59,021 nucleotides of DNA, filler included, from Platydemus manokwari (GCA_037951405.1; 5 parts of 5 records of this genome joined end to end with filler, not necessarily neighbours in it); one strand, 5' to 3'. Shown: positions 40,080 to 52,794, counted from the whole stretch's first letter. The notes: generated by a model not told the origin, from the letters alone. Numbers and translations are program-made.

Positions 40080-40488
40080 TTTTAGATGAAAATCAGATGA
40101 AGACTACAGTTAATAGAAATAAACAAGAGTTGATTTCTATGGATTTATTTGAAAATTTCTGTGTTAATTTAATAATATTAAATTGTGTAAAAACAGAGAG
40201 TATTCATGGCAGTTATGTTGAATGGAAGTTGAATACTACTAAGTATTGTTGAGTACTACACCAACATTGTCATTATTAATTTTTCAAATATAATATATTT
40301 TGTTGATCATATTTTTTGAGCATAAACTCTCAATATCAAATTTATAAAAACTATTTATTTTTTCCAAAATATTTCTTTAAGGCTTATTAAAAACATTCAA
40401 CATTATTAAATACATGGCGTAATGGGATAACTTATACTAGCTACCATTGATCCAAAAGGGCTTCAGTAACTCCACCAAGGCCGAAGTC

Positions 40489-40544
40489 ATCTGATAATAT
40501 CTAATAATATCTGATAATATCTAATAATATCTGATAATATCTGA
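40489..40544. repeat. Tandem 10-mer CT(G/A)ATAATAT x5.5 with alternating variants (20-bp higher-order period)
   Basis: ctgataatat ctaataatat ctgataatat ctaataatat ctgataatat ctga. Confidence 0.9.
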
Positions 40545-43295
40545 AAGTAGCTTAGTTATTCAAAAAGATTTTTGAAATGAAGTTACTTTAAAATATTAAC
40601 AAAAAATTACTCACACTATGCAAATCCGAATTAAATTATATTGAATTGAACTAATTATGGTTTGTTTTTAAGAAACTGATTTCAACTTCTGACAAATAGT
40701 CTTCACTCAATAATATCACCTTCGAATTAATATTATCTGTTTGTAAAAATTCTTTCTTTTCTAACGGTTTTGCGTATTTGTTCGTTAGCTTGAAATTTTT
40801 GATAGCGCTGAAATGAAAAGATTAGCGAAAGAGCTGCTATGATCTGCAATCACAATTTATTTTAATTTCTTCATATGCGTCATAATTTGATTATGATCGT
40901 CTTGTTGATATCGAATTTCCTAGATTTCTTCGACAATTTTATCTAAGCAAATTATGCACCACCGGGTCTCTATTTTTTGATTATTCTCGAATCCGGTACA
41001 TCTTACTAATTTTACATATTTTTAAGTCTAAATTTTATCCGATAATAACTTCTTTTTTCCCCTCATTTTTAATTAGTTTTAATTTTCTTTTTAATTTCAC
41101 TCTATAATAATAGTCATAATAATACTAATTATTATTATTAACTCGTAAGTCAAGCTTTATGTTAATCACATAAGTTGATATTTAAAATCAAATAACGTTG
41201 CTCATCGCTAACGTAACTAAAAAACAAATACATTTCACTATCCCCATTTGGCTTAGATACAATAATTTGTGTGTTGGGTTCTTTATGGTAAACCTTTATT
41301 CGTTTCAGGATTTCAATTGAATTTATTAGTTTATCATAACTGGAATTGTTCAATGCTTACGAATACATGCGAAATTTAAATCTTTTCTATATGATGATTC
41401 TGGTTGACCGGTCATCATGTCTGTTGGACTGCGTAGGTATGCATCCTACGTACTCTACACCTAATATCGCAAGTAAAAACTTTCAATATCGCTTCCAATT
41501 TACATTAAATCAATTTTACTATTTCTAATAATTCTGTATTATCGATAAACTCCAAATTTTTGTCTAAAATTTGTGTCTATATATATATATATACACTGTT
41601 TTCCTACCTCTGATGAGTTCAAAAATGAGCATCATAGATAAATCAAATAAAAGGAAAGATAAAATAAAGAGTAAACAAGTAAGTACAAAATTTGATGATA
41701 AGCAATATTAAAATTAAATCTTAATTACAGAAAACAGAATTAAATTGCCTTTAATTAAAACATGGCATTAAAAATAAAATATTTGAAAGGTTAAATTAAA
41801 TATTAATTTATAAGTTTAACGAAACAGTGTAAATATGCTAATTTGCAGATAACAATAGCAATTACCGTCTATTTCTGGTAATTGAAATAAATAAATGCGT
41901 TTATGCTGTAGTAATTATAAACAACAAGATGCACAAGGTGAAAATAAGTATAGAAAAAGCGAGCTAACTCTTTATTTTCGCCCATTCATCCAGAGACTTC
42001 AAGAGGTAAAGTAGCTATTCCTGCAACATGTGTAGTTGTACGGGATTAAAAGTATCTTAGAACCTATTTTTCGTATTTGCAGTGCGCTAATTAGTATAGT
42101 AATGTATTTTAATGTGATATTAGCCAGGAGTAGAATCTAAGCTGAGGTATTCAGAAGAAATAACGGGACTTAGTCCTCGTATTATTAACGTAACTTTATA
42201 AGGACCTGTGTTCCGTCAACGTTATTTTCGATATAAAGTGTAATATAAATATATCTTGGTCAGAAAGACGTATTTGTTTTTATTTAGTGTGCATCGGAAT
42301 TTGAGTAGGAGTAGGTTTGGAGAATGGGACCAAGCCGTTAAGTTAGAGATTTTCTAAACTTAACATTTCTTTACTTAATTGGATTTCTAAAAAAAATATT
42401 CCTGAATTTCAAAATTTACTCGTCCTTAAATTAATTTTAGATGCTATAAAATATTTTTATATTAATTTTATACTTAAAAAAATAATTTTATTTGTTCTGC
42501 TGCTTTTAGTTTTTTAATATTCCTTATTATTCTCATTGTCTTAAAATATCAGTCTTTTTTCAATTACCAAAATATCTGTTATTCCTTCTTAGATTCTTTT
42601 TAAAATACCAGCAATTTATTCAGCAAGATCTTTATTTGAAGAATATCGTTTTAACTTTAAAATAATTTTATGATTAGATTTGCATAAATTTATTCCCTTA
42701 TTATTTAATTTTTTTAAAACAATCTATATGTATTTTATTTTATACGGAGTAGATTACCGTACCCTTTATTCATTTCCAGAATCTAAAAATCAATACATGG
42801 GTTCATGTTGTGTTAAATGTATGCTAAGCTATTAGGTTCATATATTCCATCGTGGCGTAACGTTTCGGAAAGATTCAAGTATTGTCATTTCCGAAAATTT
42901 TACAAAGTATTTAAATAAAAACTAAATAATTTTTCTATTCATCATTTTCTTTATCATCTCAAATAGAATTAGGTTTAGTTTAGTTCAATGGAATATACTC
43001 TATAAACTATTTCTACTTACTCAATCAGTTGTATATTTCTGTGTTTGATTTTCTATTTCAGTAGTACCTATTAAGTATTCATCATTATATGACTACTGTT
43101 GCCTATATCGTCTTGGAATACTCTGTGGAAAAGTTTCCTTAAGTATATATTGAAAATAAGCATAAAAATCTAAATACGAAATTTGTATTTGCAAAGCTTT
43201 GAATTACGTAATTCGAAAACATTTCAGTATAAAGATTTTTTTAATAGATTTATTAAAGAAAATCAATCATTGGACATCAATATCATGATAATCTG

Positions 43296-46200
43296 ATGAG
43301 CCAGCCAACCATTCATAAAAAGATAGTTGGCAAAATTCAGATAAATACTTTTGCCTACAACAAAAAGGTATTCAAGATAATCGTTAAGAGACTCATACAC
43401 TCGAATATTTTTCACAGTGTCTGTACACAAAGTATAAATCACTGTCCACCAAATTCTAAACGGAATAAATGTAATTGCAATGAGATTTTATATTATATTT
43501 CCAAAGAGTTCCACGACCAAACGGAACGGTTTTCTCAAATTTTCGTACCTCTAGTCATAGTGGACCATCAATCTAGACGCCATCACTATTTGATCTGCGA
43601 ATTAGTTTATATTTATGATAATATAATGAAAACCCGAAAGGATTTTTATATTGAAGATATCAAGGAAAAAGCTTTATTTCAAGCATGTCAATATCAAGAA
43701 GATTGTGTATGTAAACTTCATGAAATTTTATCATTAGATAAAAAATTATTAAAAAATCTAAACAATTCCACGAGAAACAAACATTTTACTAAAGTTAATG
43801 AAACCTGTCTTCAAGAAGCTATGAAGGAATTGGTGTCAAATAATCTACTTCCCCTTTCATCAACATCCTTACCTCTTGATTCATTTAGATTACAAAAAGT
43901 CCTTGATATTTGCAACAAATATTATTTACCGGATGAAATGATTGTGAGTGTTTTGAATAGCTTGCGCTCAGTAGAACCTAACAGCAATCAGTCTAATAAG
44001 GACACGAAACCCCCTAATTATCGAAGATTAGAGTATGAAATACCACCCTCACATAATTTACACGATCTCCTTCGCGATTCAAAGGAAACTGAAAACTCTA
44101 GGAAATTCTTAACTAATAATAACGTTAAAACACGATCTACAAACAACGTATCATGTGTATCTAATATTAATAATCAAGATATCAATAGTTCTAATGTATG
44201 TATTGAAAGAACTCCTTTAAAAGTGAAACATTTAAACAACTATCAACAAATGGAGAATTCACATAATAGATCTTATTCATCTTTAAGAAATTCCAGAATT
44301 TCTAAACCTGGTCCTGAATCTTTTAAGAAGACGTCTGTGAATCCAGACATCAATAGTTGGAAAGCATTTAATGATCGTAGTTATGTACCAAACACATTAA
44401 GAACTAGCGTTCAACCACAAATTTCAGACAGTTTTAGAAACTCACAATCCAATAAACGATCGAATTTCCATTGGACAAACAGGGGTACATCACAAAATAC
44501 GAGCTTATTACACGAAAATTCAGCTAGGAGATCAAATAATTATCAAAAATATTCACAAAATGAAAACCTATACCGAGATTACAAAGAATTCCAAGATTCT
44601 CCTCGGAAAATAGGTAACTGGTGTGATGACATTGCTGAATTTGATGATAATACTTACGAAGTTCTTATCGATGATGAATGCCATGATTTAGGTAACGTTG
44701 AAACAATAACTGTTCGAGATGGAGATGGAAATGTTAAAACATATGTCGATTTTGATAAAATTTCTCCTTCTATGTGCAAACCATGTGAAAATATTTCTGC
44801 TCCTATCCCAAAAAAATGCACAAAAAAAGTAACATTTATGAATACAGATAAAACTAAGGATTGCATAAGAAATTGTGATTCAAATACTTTAACAAAGGTG
44901 GTTTTATGCCAGGAAGCTAACAGTATGGATGCTCTTATGTCTGTTCTCAATAAACAAGTGGAAAAGGATGAAGTACAGAAGTGCATGAAACTATCAGTGA
45001 AAGCTGAACATGTAATTAAAAGACCTGAATGCCCAGGAGAACAATTATTAAGTAGTGATTCTAATGAATGTCTTAAAATTTCATCTGAAGTACAAGCTCA
45101 ATGGGAAAATCTAAACTGTGAAGAAGAATCTAGAACTTCGTCTCTTCCAGTTGAATTATTACACGATAATGGTGGCTATCATCATGTTAGTAATTTAAGA
45201 TCTATCGGAACTTCTCCAAAATCAAGTTTTAAATCTCAAAATAATTTGCAGAGTATATATAACAGATCTACATCTCCGATAAATATGTCTTTACAAAACA
45301 TCACCGATCTTTGTGATAAAGCAATGCAAACTGAGAAATTTTTATTTATAGAAACGTGTAATGAAAGAATTTTATTCTCTCCAAACTCGTTTGAATGTTT
45401 CAAATCTGTGCAAAATCCAAAGGTTTCAGTAGGAGTGAATGCAATGTCTGATTCTAAACATCAAATAACTAATGTTCCTCACTCTAGTAATCAATGGATC
45501 AATGATGATACATGTGGTCAATTCTATTTTTACGAAGATCGAGGTAGAAGAATAATATGTTCGCCAAACGAATTCAGTTTTTGTCATCGAGAAACTCAAA
45601 CGGGTGAAAATTATCCACGTGGCCATTCGTTTGATAATTTAAATCAAAATCCAGAATATAGTTCATACAAAGTACCATCCAGCAAAGAAAACAAACAATC
45701 AGGATATTATAGTGAATATTCAAAGCCACAGTTTGTTCCATCGTTAGGGGATTTCTTTCGTGAACAACGACAAACATTTAGTGATCTAAATTCGAAATAT
45801 AATTTTCCAATAGCCAATGATTCAAGATTTAGACCAAATAGTGATATTATGCAAGATCAGAGTGCTATGTTAAATATTCCTCACGATGAATATCTGAGGA
45901 GCAGTAACAGAGTACCTCAGGAAAATGAAATGATTAAGGATTCTCGGTTATACTCCTTGAAACCATATCTTAATTCAACTGCTGCAAATTCATTCTCAAA
46001 TTTAGTGATAGATGATCAAAACTCGTTGACTAAACAAATCAATTATTCATCAAGATATAATTTCAATTACCACACAGATTTAAGTTCTCCTGATGATTTC
46101 ATTTATAGTGAATCTCGAAAATTAAGTCCAGTTCTTGATATCCATACATGTAGTCAAAATAATTCAATAAAGAAATCCATAAAAAAAGAATTGAACAACC

Positions 46201-47168
46201 TAACTCATTCTCTAAATAAAAATTCAGTCAATGATTATTTCACAAAATCTTCACATAAATCTTACGGAAATATGAATTATAATCAAAAAAACAATTCAAA
46301 TTTAATATGCTGTGATCATCATAAGGAAATGAAACAAACACTAGTTAATCGAATTTCTTCACATTCATCAAATAGCGAAATCCGCAATTCTTTTGTTAGA
46401 AAAAATAAATGTCATCAAATATCAAGGACTCATTCAAATAAATTAAGTAAATACAAAGTTCATTATTCGAGTGGAAAATTAAAAAAATCTTGTCATTACT
46501 TGGATAGCTTTACTAAATACAATAAAATTATGAATCAAACAAACAGAATGGAGTGTACCTGTAAAAATTCAATAATCCCAGTTATACAAGGAAATAAGAA
46601 AATAAGCAAAGAAAATGTTAAAAAATCAAATAATATCCAACTACAAAATTACATAGAGCCTTATGCAAAATCAATTCAACATGTTACCGAAATCATAAAT
46701 GGTAAAAAATGTGAATCCTCTAAAAAAAATGATAAATTCAGTGGAATAGACAATATATCGCGAACAATAAATGCTATTGTTCAAGAACTTAATCAAAATC
46801 TATGTGGGAATCCTACAAATGAAGTTTCAAAAGATGGAATCGAGGAATCTAGTAAAATGAATCCAGGGAGCATATTAAACGGAAAATCTTTTAAATGTTA
46901 TCCGTTAAATAATTCTTTGAAATTAAGCGATAGTCCTTCAGAAGTATTAGTTGTGAAATGTATTGAGGATAATAAACATGATCGCAAAGAAAGGAAATCT
47001 CAAACGTTGTATAAATACATGGTTTTAAAGAACAATTTATGTGGTAATAAAACTTTGAGTACGAAAGAAAATATACAATCAAATGAACATAATCTTTGTT
47101 CAAATACAATTAATGAAAAAAATGGAAATAAATATTCAGAAGTTGAAGTAGATTTTAACTTGACTTAA
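43296..47168 (+). CDS. Hypothetical 1290-aa Asn/Ser-rich protein in a single long ORF; the true start may lie upstream
   Basis: A 3.9-kb uninterrupted ORF in very AT-rich DNA is very unlikely by chance. Cys/His-rich N-terminal ~220 aa, then low-complexity sequence. No family recognised. Confidence 0.8.
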   Translation: MSQPTIHKKIVGKIQINTFAYNKKVFKIIVKRLIHSNIFHSVCTQSINHCPPNSKRNKCNCNEILYYISKEFHDQTERFSQIFVPLVIVDHQSRRHHYLICELVYIYDNIMKTRKDFYIEDIKEKALFQACQYQEDCVCKLHEILSLDKKLLKNLNNSTRNKHFTKVNETCLQEAMKELVSNNLLPLSSTSLPLDSFRLQKVLDICNKYYLPDEMIVSVLNSLRSVEPNSNQSNKDTKPPNYRRLEYEIPPSHNLHDLLRDSKETENSRKFLTNNNVKTRSTNNVSCVSNINNQDINSSNVCIERTPLKVKHLNNYQQMENSHNRSYSSLRNSRISKPGPESFKKTSVNPDINSWKAFNDRSYVPNTLRTSVQPQISDSFRNSQSNKRSNFHWTNRGTSQNTSLLHENSARRSNNYQKYSQNENLYRDYKEFQDSPRKIGNWCDDIAEFDDNTYEVLIDDECHDLGNVETITVRDGDGNVKTYVDFDKISPSMCKPCENISAPIPKKCTKKVTFMNTDKTKDCIRNCDSNTLTKVVLCQEANSMDALMSVLNKQVEKDEVQKCMKLSVKAEHVIKRPECPGEQLLSSDSNECLKISSEVQAQWENLNCEEESRTSSLPVELLHDNGGYHHVSNLRSIGTSPKSSFKSQNNLQSIYNRSTSPINMSLQNITDLCDKAMQTEKFLFIETCNERILFSPNSFECFKSVQNPKVSVGVNAMSDSKHQITNVPHSSNQWINDDTCGQFYFYEDRGRRIICSPNEFSFCHRETQTGENYPRGHSFDNLNQNPEYSSYKVPSSKENKQSGYYSEYSKPQFVPSLGDFFREQRQTFSDLNSKYNFPIANDSRFRPNSDIMQDQSAMLNIPHDEYLRSSNRVPQENEMIKDSRLYSLKPYLNSTAANSFSNLVIDDQNSLTKQINYSSRYNFNYHTDLSSPDDFIYSESRKLSPVLDIHTCSQNNSIKKSIKKELNNLTHSLNKNSVNDYFTKSSHKSYGNMNYNQKNNSNLICCDHHKEMKQTLVNRISSHSSNSEIRNSFVRKNKCHQISRTHSNKLSKYKVHYSSGKLKKSCHYLDSFTKYNKIMNQTNRMECTCKNSIIPVIQGNKKISKENVKKSNNIQLQNYIEPYAKSIQHVTEIINGKKCESSKKNDKFSGIDNISRTINAIVQELNQNLCGNPTNEVSKDGIEESSKMNPGSILNGKSFKCYPLNNSLKLSDSPSEVLVVKCIEDNKHDRKERKSQTLYKYMVLKNNLCGNKTLSTKENIQSNEHNLCSNTINEKNGNKYSEVEVDFNLT

Positions 47169-47291
47169 TATATATGAAATCCATGTAATATTAAAACTTC
47201 AATTGTTATTGATTTTCAGATATTTTCTAATTAAATTATTTAATTTTGTGAATTTGAGTTGTTTTAATATTGGTTTGCAAAACAAGATTTA

Positions 47292-48083
47292 ATGATGCAT
47301 ATTTATAAAATCTTATGTAGAAACTTATTAAGAAAGTATTGCTATAACGCATTAACTAACAATCCAATTTTTTACGAAAGTTCATTTATTACAAAAAAGC
47401 AAGTAAATAATTTAATAAATAATGGAAAAATTAGTCTAATTACAACAATTTTATCGCAAAATGGTAGTTGGGATAATTGGTTCAATTCTTTTTCAACGTT
47501 TAATGTCGAACCAAATTTGTTGATCAAAGTTTTGCAATCCAACGAAGTAAATTCTGAAATTGATATGTATGAGTTATCTCGAAAATATGAATTGTTCTTA
47601 AGAATTGGAATTGAATTGAAAAATATAATCAAAAAGTATCCCGGTATAGTTGATGTTGATTCTTACAGAATTGAGAATTTCATATCGCTTTTAAATAAGC
47701 ATATGTCAACCAAAAAGATGATAGATATTATTTCAAGGCATCCACAAATTTTAACTAACAATGCTATTGATGTCGAAGAAGCAATGAAATATGCTAATAA
47801 AATAATGAAAGTTCCTATAGACACAATTATCTCAAGCGATATTTGGTATTATCCCAAAAATCATTTGATAATACGTCATAAATGTTTGTTTCTTGCTGGA
47901 ATTTATCCGGAGAATGGCAAACCAACAAGTCCCAATCATGTAATTCCCAATCTAAATGAGATACTCACTTTATCCGATGATGAATTTGCTAGCAAGGTTG
48001 CTCAGTTACCAATCGATGAATATCAAATGTTTAAAACAAATTTTGATTTCCTGATAAATGTTGATCAGAATGTTAACCAATAA
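47292..48083 (+). CDS. MTERF4: Mitochondrial transcription termination factor family protein, MTERF4-like
   Basis: Basic N-terminus resembling a mitochondrial targeting peptide and mTERF-like repeats (IIKKYPGIV, IISRHPQILT). The C-terminus HLIIRHKCLFLAGIY..PNLNEILTLSDDEFASKVAQLPIDEYQMFK resembles the MTERF4 C-terminus. Confidence 0.75.
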   Translation: MMHIYKILCRNLLRKYCYNALTNNPIFYESSFITKKQVNNLINNGKISLITTILSQNGSWDNWFNSFSTFNVEPNLLIKVLQSNEVNSEIDMYELSRKYELFLRIGIELKNIIKKYPGIVDVDSYRIENFISLLNKHMSTKKMIDIISRHPQILTNNAIDVEEAMKYANKIMKVPIDTIISSDIWYYPKNHLIIRHKCLFLAGIYPENGKPTSPNHVIPNLNEILTLSDDEFASKVAQLPIDEYQMFKTNFDFLINVDQNVNQ

Positions 48084-49559
48084 ATAAGCGCTTTATATTT
48101 TTGTATCAATTATTGTCAAATTAACATCTTAAATATCCTTTTAAATTTCACGTTTGTTAATCAAGGTGTTGACAAATTAGAATATGATACATAAAAATAT
48201 ATAAATTGTACTAAGATTAGCATGTCATAACATTTTGATTATCAGAATAATGGTATAAATATATAATTGGCATTATCAATATTGAAAATTGATTTTGTAA
48301 TGCTTCTTTGCCTCAACTTATGATTATATTAATACAAGCGTTTAAGATTGGTTGAATCTGTTATCAATGTCCAGCTACGTATCGCTGATTCATTCTCCTA
48401 ACATTTCATTTTAAAATGTCATGATTTTGTAAATTCAGAATTTTCAATGAAGTCAGATAAGCTAAAGCAATTGGGTATTTTGGTCGGTTTCTTAAGTGCT
48501 TAAATATTGTTTTTATTATAATGATATTAGTATGAAGTTATTGAATTTAAAAATAACTCATGATAAATAAAATGTCAAAACTATTAATGGCGAACAAGAA
48601 GTAACCAATAACGATTTTGAAATTCCACAGAAAAGTATATTCAATAAGATTATTTAAACAAATTAAATTAATAATTTGTGTTTTATAATACAAATTAATA
48701 ATATAAATCTTTTAAATATGAATTAATTTATAATACTTATACTTATTTTGGTCGGAAAATTTGATTCATCTCAAACAGTTTCTTAATAAGCGAATGAAGA
48801 ATGCGCTATTATTTCAAGGGTTGAAAATCATTAGACTATTGCTCTAGCTTCTCAGATTATTATCTGGTCTTTTTTCAACAAAGCACAGTAAATGACTGAA
48901 ATATTACGATCTTAATGCGGAAGATTAGTCTCTACAGATAAACAATAATGAATGGACAATTTAACTATTTGGAGATCTTATTAATTAAAAAATATAGCGG
49001 GAAGATTTCAGGGATTTTATGAACCTTTGGACTTTTGAAACCTTAGAGATTTGTGGTGTAACTGAGGACATTGATTTGATGACCAAATAAAATTTACGAA
49101 AGATTCTGTAAGGTGGTTTCTTCGATGTGAATATTGTTTCTTAAAGAATGATAGAAATGTCAAAAATTGTTCAGAAATAGAGGATCAACAATAAAGTCAA
49201 ATTAATTAAATTCGGTGCAAATAATGTTTCAAAATCAAAATTTCATGTTTAGAAAATGTCAGAATTCTTTGTGTGACATGCGACCTGCTTTTTTTCATGA
49301 TCATTAAGACACATGGGTTTGTGTTGTTTTTCTTTCATTTCTGTTGGTTGCTAAAACTTCTTCGTTTTTAATATTCAAATCGAAAGACATGTTTTCAGCC
49401 GAACAAAAAGTAAGTATTTTTAATACATCCATTTCAAACAAATTTTAAAATATTTAAAATTTATTTTCATCTGATTTATCTTCTTTTTTAAAAAATCAAA
49501 ATTCTCACATTTTTATTTTTTAATTTAAAATATTTAAATTTTATTTTTAGTAATTTTAT

Positions 49560-49632
49560 TATTAGGTTGTAAATAAAGTTCGCGGACAAAATTGGAAATA
49601 AAAATTTGTTGTACATAAATTTATTTAAAACA
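49560..49632. mobile_element. Possible mariner-type TIR running into the gap
   Basis: TATTAGGTTGTAAATAAAGTTCGCGG resembles mariner termini. The partner TIR is not seen. Confidence 0.3.
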
Positions 49633-49732
49633 NNNNNNNNNNNNNNNNNNNNNNNNNNNNNNNNNNNNNNNNNNNNTTAATTAATTAANNNNNNNNNNNN
49701 NNNNNNNNNNNNNNNNNNNNNNNNNNNNNNNN
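49633..49732. other. Assembly gap with artificial linker
   Basis: 44N-TTAATTAATTAA-44N. Confidence 0.97.
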
Positions 49733-52700
49733 GAAAAATGATCTAAAATATAATACAATATGAAGTAATAATGAAACACATAATAATCAATAAGCTTTAT
49801 TTTATATAAATTCTGACATTGAAATCTAAATAATTAAATAAACAAAGAGAAACAAATACACTATAGAAACTAAACAAGGCTGAAAAAACATAAAACAAAA
49901 TATATTTATCTTTGCTGTATTTTCAGTATTATATATTTCGATAATATTTTAAAATTTATACTGATTAGTATGATGAGATTTATACTAAATTGATACTGGT
50001 TTATACCGGAATGACCGTTTATATTGTTCCAATATTCGATGTGAACTATTTAAAAAAAATTGCAGTCACAGCTGTAAAGAGATTAAGTATTATCAAATCG
50101 TGGGAACAGACCTAAAACTTTGTTTGTTTTAGTGAATTAATTTTGCTCTTCATGAAATTTGATTATTATACAAATATGTTCAACCATGACAGTAGGAAAA
50201 TTTTAAAAAAGATACACCAAATAAACTGTTGTTGATCTGATGATAACAAGTTTAGAAAATAATGATAAAACATTCTGCTTTTTATGTGATTGACCTAAAA
50301 GGAGTTGAGTTGGGAGATTTAATTTTACTATTTAAAAGAAATGTAAAATTAAAATTAAATCAAATAAAACATTAAAATTAAATAATATATGGTCTATCCA
50401 TTTCTCCCAAGAAAAATCTGCAAGAATTCATTGAATATTTAAAAATTTTATTTGTTATATAGCAGTAAGTTCTGCAATTTTTACAACTTCAAATTCATTC
50501 CATTGTTTGGGAAGCGTGTGACTATTTAATTTCAATCATGCTACGATCTCTAACGAATAAATACTTTTTATAAATCAAGAAACTATTACGAAGTGGTATT
50601 TTTTATTTCTCCATTTTTCAAAACATGGTTCAAACCTTTGTATGACAACTGAGTATGATTATTCAGGACAAATCTGTGCTTCGAAAGCAACTTTCTGTGC
50701 TATTGGATTAATCAATAAGGAAATCCATTTCAGTGATCACCAATATCATATTCCATGTGATTTTTAATTGGCAATAAACTAAAAAATGTTAGTCCAGCAG
50801 AGTTAGTCATTTTCAAAATTTGGATGAATTGGAAAAGTATAATTTACTACGCACTGAATGACCTTGCTGACCTGCTATTTAGAAAGGGACATTTAAAAAA
50901 GAACATTTGAAAGTTGAAATCTTTATAACATGAGGCTTGGATTTTTCTTTTTATAACACCCACACATCCACCCACATATTCACACATAATTTTAAAGATC
51001 GACGCATATTAACCACGTAAGTGTCACTATAAATTAGTAAGACTCGTTTCTTTCACAGAATAGTAGAAATGGTGGAAAGAAATAACAAACAAACTTTTAA
51101 TTTGGATGAAATTTTATTCATGAACTTGATATGAATGAGCAAATTTATAATTTATTGTTTTTCGGTTTGGTGGAATTATATACGCTCCATTTATTGGACA
51201 AAACATTCGCTGATGGAAAGTATGATAAAATTTCTAAATATAATTATAATTTATTACAAAGATGAAAACAATTAATCGATCCAATAACTTGGTGTATTTT
51301 ACTATTTCAATAAAAGAATCTTTACAATTCTAACTTCAAGTTATTTGACAAGGTCATAAATATTTCAGATTAAAGAAAAACGAAAAGTATTTATATGAAA
51401 AGGTATTCCATTACTTTCCGATGTATTGTGGGCTGTGTAATTATCATGAGTGTCACTCTATTCGATCAACTGACTGTCGCTTAATAGAAATTCATTCAAA
51501 CCATCATCAAATTAAAATACTTAAAAATTAATTAAAATTAAATATTAAAAACGATATTAAATTATTATTTTAATATATTATTACGAATATATAATCTTAA
51601 TAAAATTGATAAAATTATATCTAACAAATTTTTAGAATTGTATTGTAAAAATAGATAACATTGTAAATATTGATCATAAACTTCCGTATTTATTATAATA
51701 ATTTGCGATCAGGAATAAATGTTATATTTTAATTAAGGGCAAATATACACAAATAATAAAATTCAAATAGTTCTATCGTAATTAAAAAATTTATTATTAT
51801 TAAATTCAATGAAATTAATTTCGTTTAAATTTACATGGCTAATCGTTACTGAATTATAAATATAAAAATGAATTTTATAGATCTCATATTAAACCCTTTG
51901 GCGAAAATGGAAAGGTATAAAAAATAAAAAGAATTTAAACTAATTATTTATTATAATTATATTTATCATTGAATATTGTTATCTTTAAAGAATCGCGAAT
52001 AAAAGACTATGGTTGTGCAGTATTTATTGATCATATACTCCAATTCATTCGATTATCTTATTCATAAAGAGGGGAGAAAGAACTGAATATGATAATAAGA
52101 AATAATATAATTAGAGCAAATATAATATTATTACAGAAAATACAAAAATAAATTGGGAAAGAATAATTATCACAAATCCAGAAGCAATCATCCATTTCAG
52201 ATGTAATTCTTTTGAAGTTGAAAAAATATATTCTCTTTTGTTATTGTAGCTTTTCATTTTCCCCGGCTATCCCTTACTTATTTTAATCTATTTGCGATAT
52301 TAATAGAAAGATTTAGACTTATTCATCATTGGGAGATGAATGAAGTGATTGGAGTCAAATAATACCAAGATACTAATCAATATGATTACCACATTATCAG
52401 ATAAAATGTGTGATTTCTATAAATAAATTTGAATTAAACTTGTGCTGTAATACAGATTATTTAAAACAACTACCATAGTAATAATAATAATAATAATTGA
52501 AGAAAATTCAAATTAACTAATAATAATTTGAAATAATAATTTGAAATAAACATTTTTTAATTACAATAATAAATTTTTAAATAAAAAATAGTATTTTAAA
52601 ATTTATATTGGATTTAAATGATTTAAATATTTTTATTTATACCTGATTAAGATTGATAATAAAATCTCTCTAGAAAAAGAATTTAAATTTTTTAAAAATT

Positions 52701-52794
52701 GGGCTGTTGCCACTAAATAAAATTTAAGAAGTCGTAATAATGACTTTTTTATTGAAATATCAATTTCAAGCAAAGTAGCCGCTAATAATAATAA

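Noticed and set aside
40489-40544. CRISPR-like or telomere-like array
   Set aside because: No spacers and only about five 10-bp units; an ordinary minisatellite in a eukaryote.
42113-42365. TGTGA..TAACA-bounded solo LTR candidate
   Set aside because: No TSD and no second copy in the window.
51881-51914. AG/GT-bounded micro-exon as the missing upstream ELK exon
   Set aside because: Its translation does not resemble the KCNH C-linker and its phase does not match the exon at 53416.
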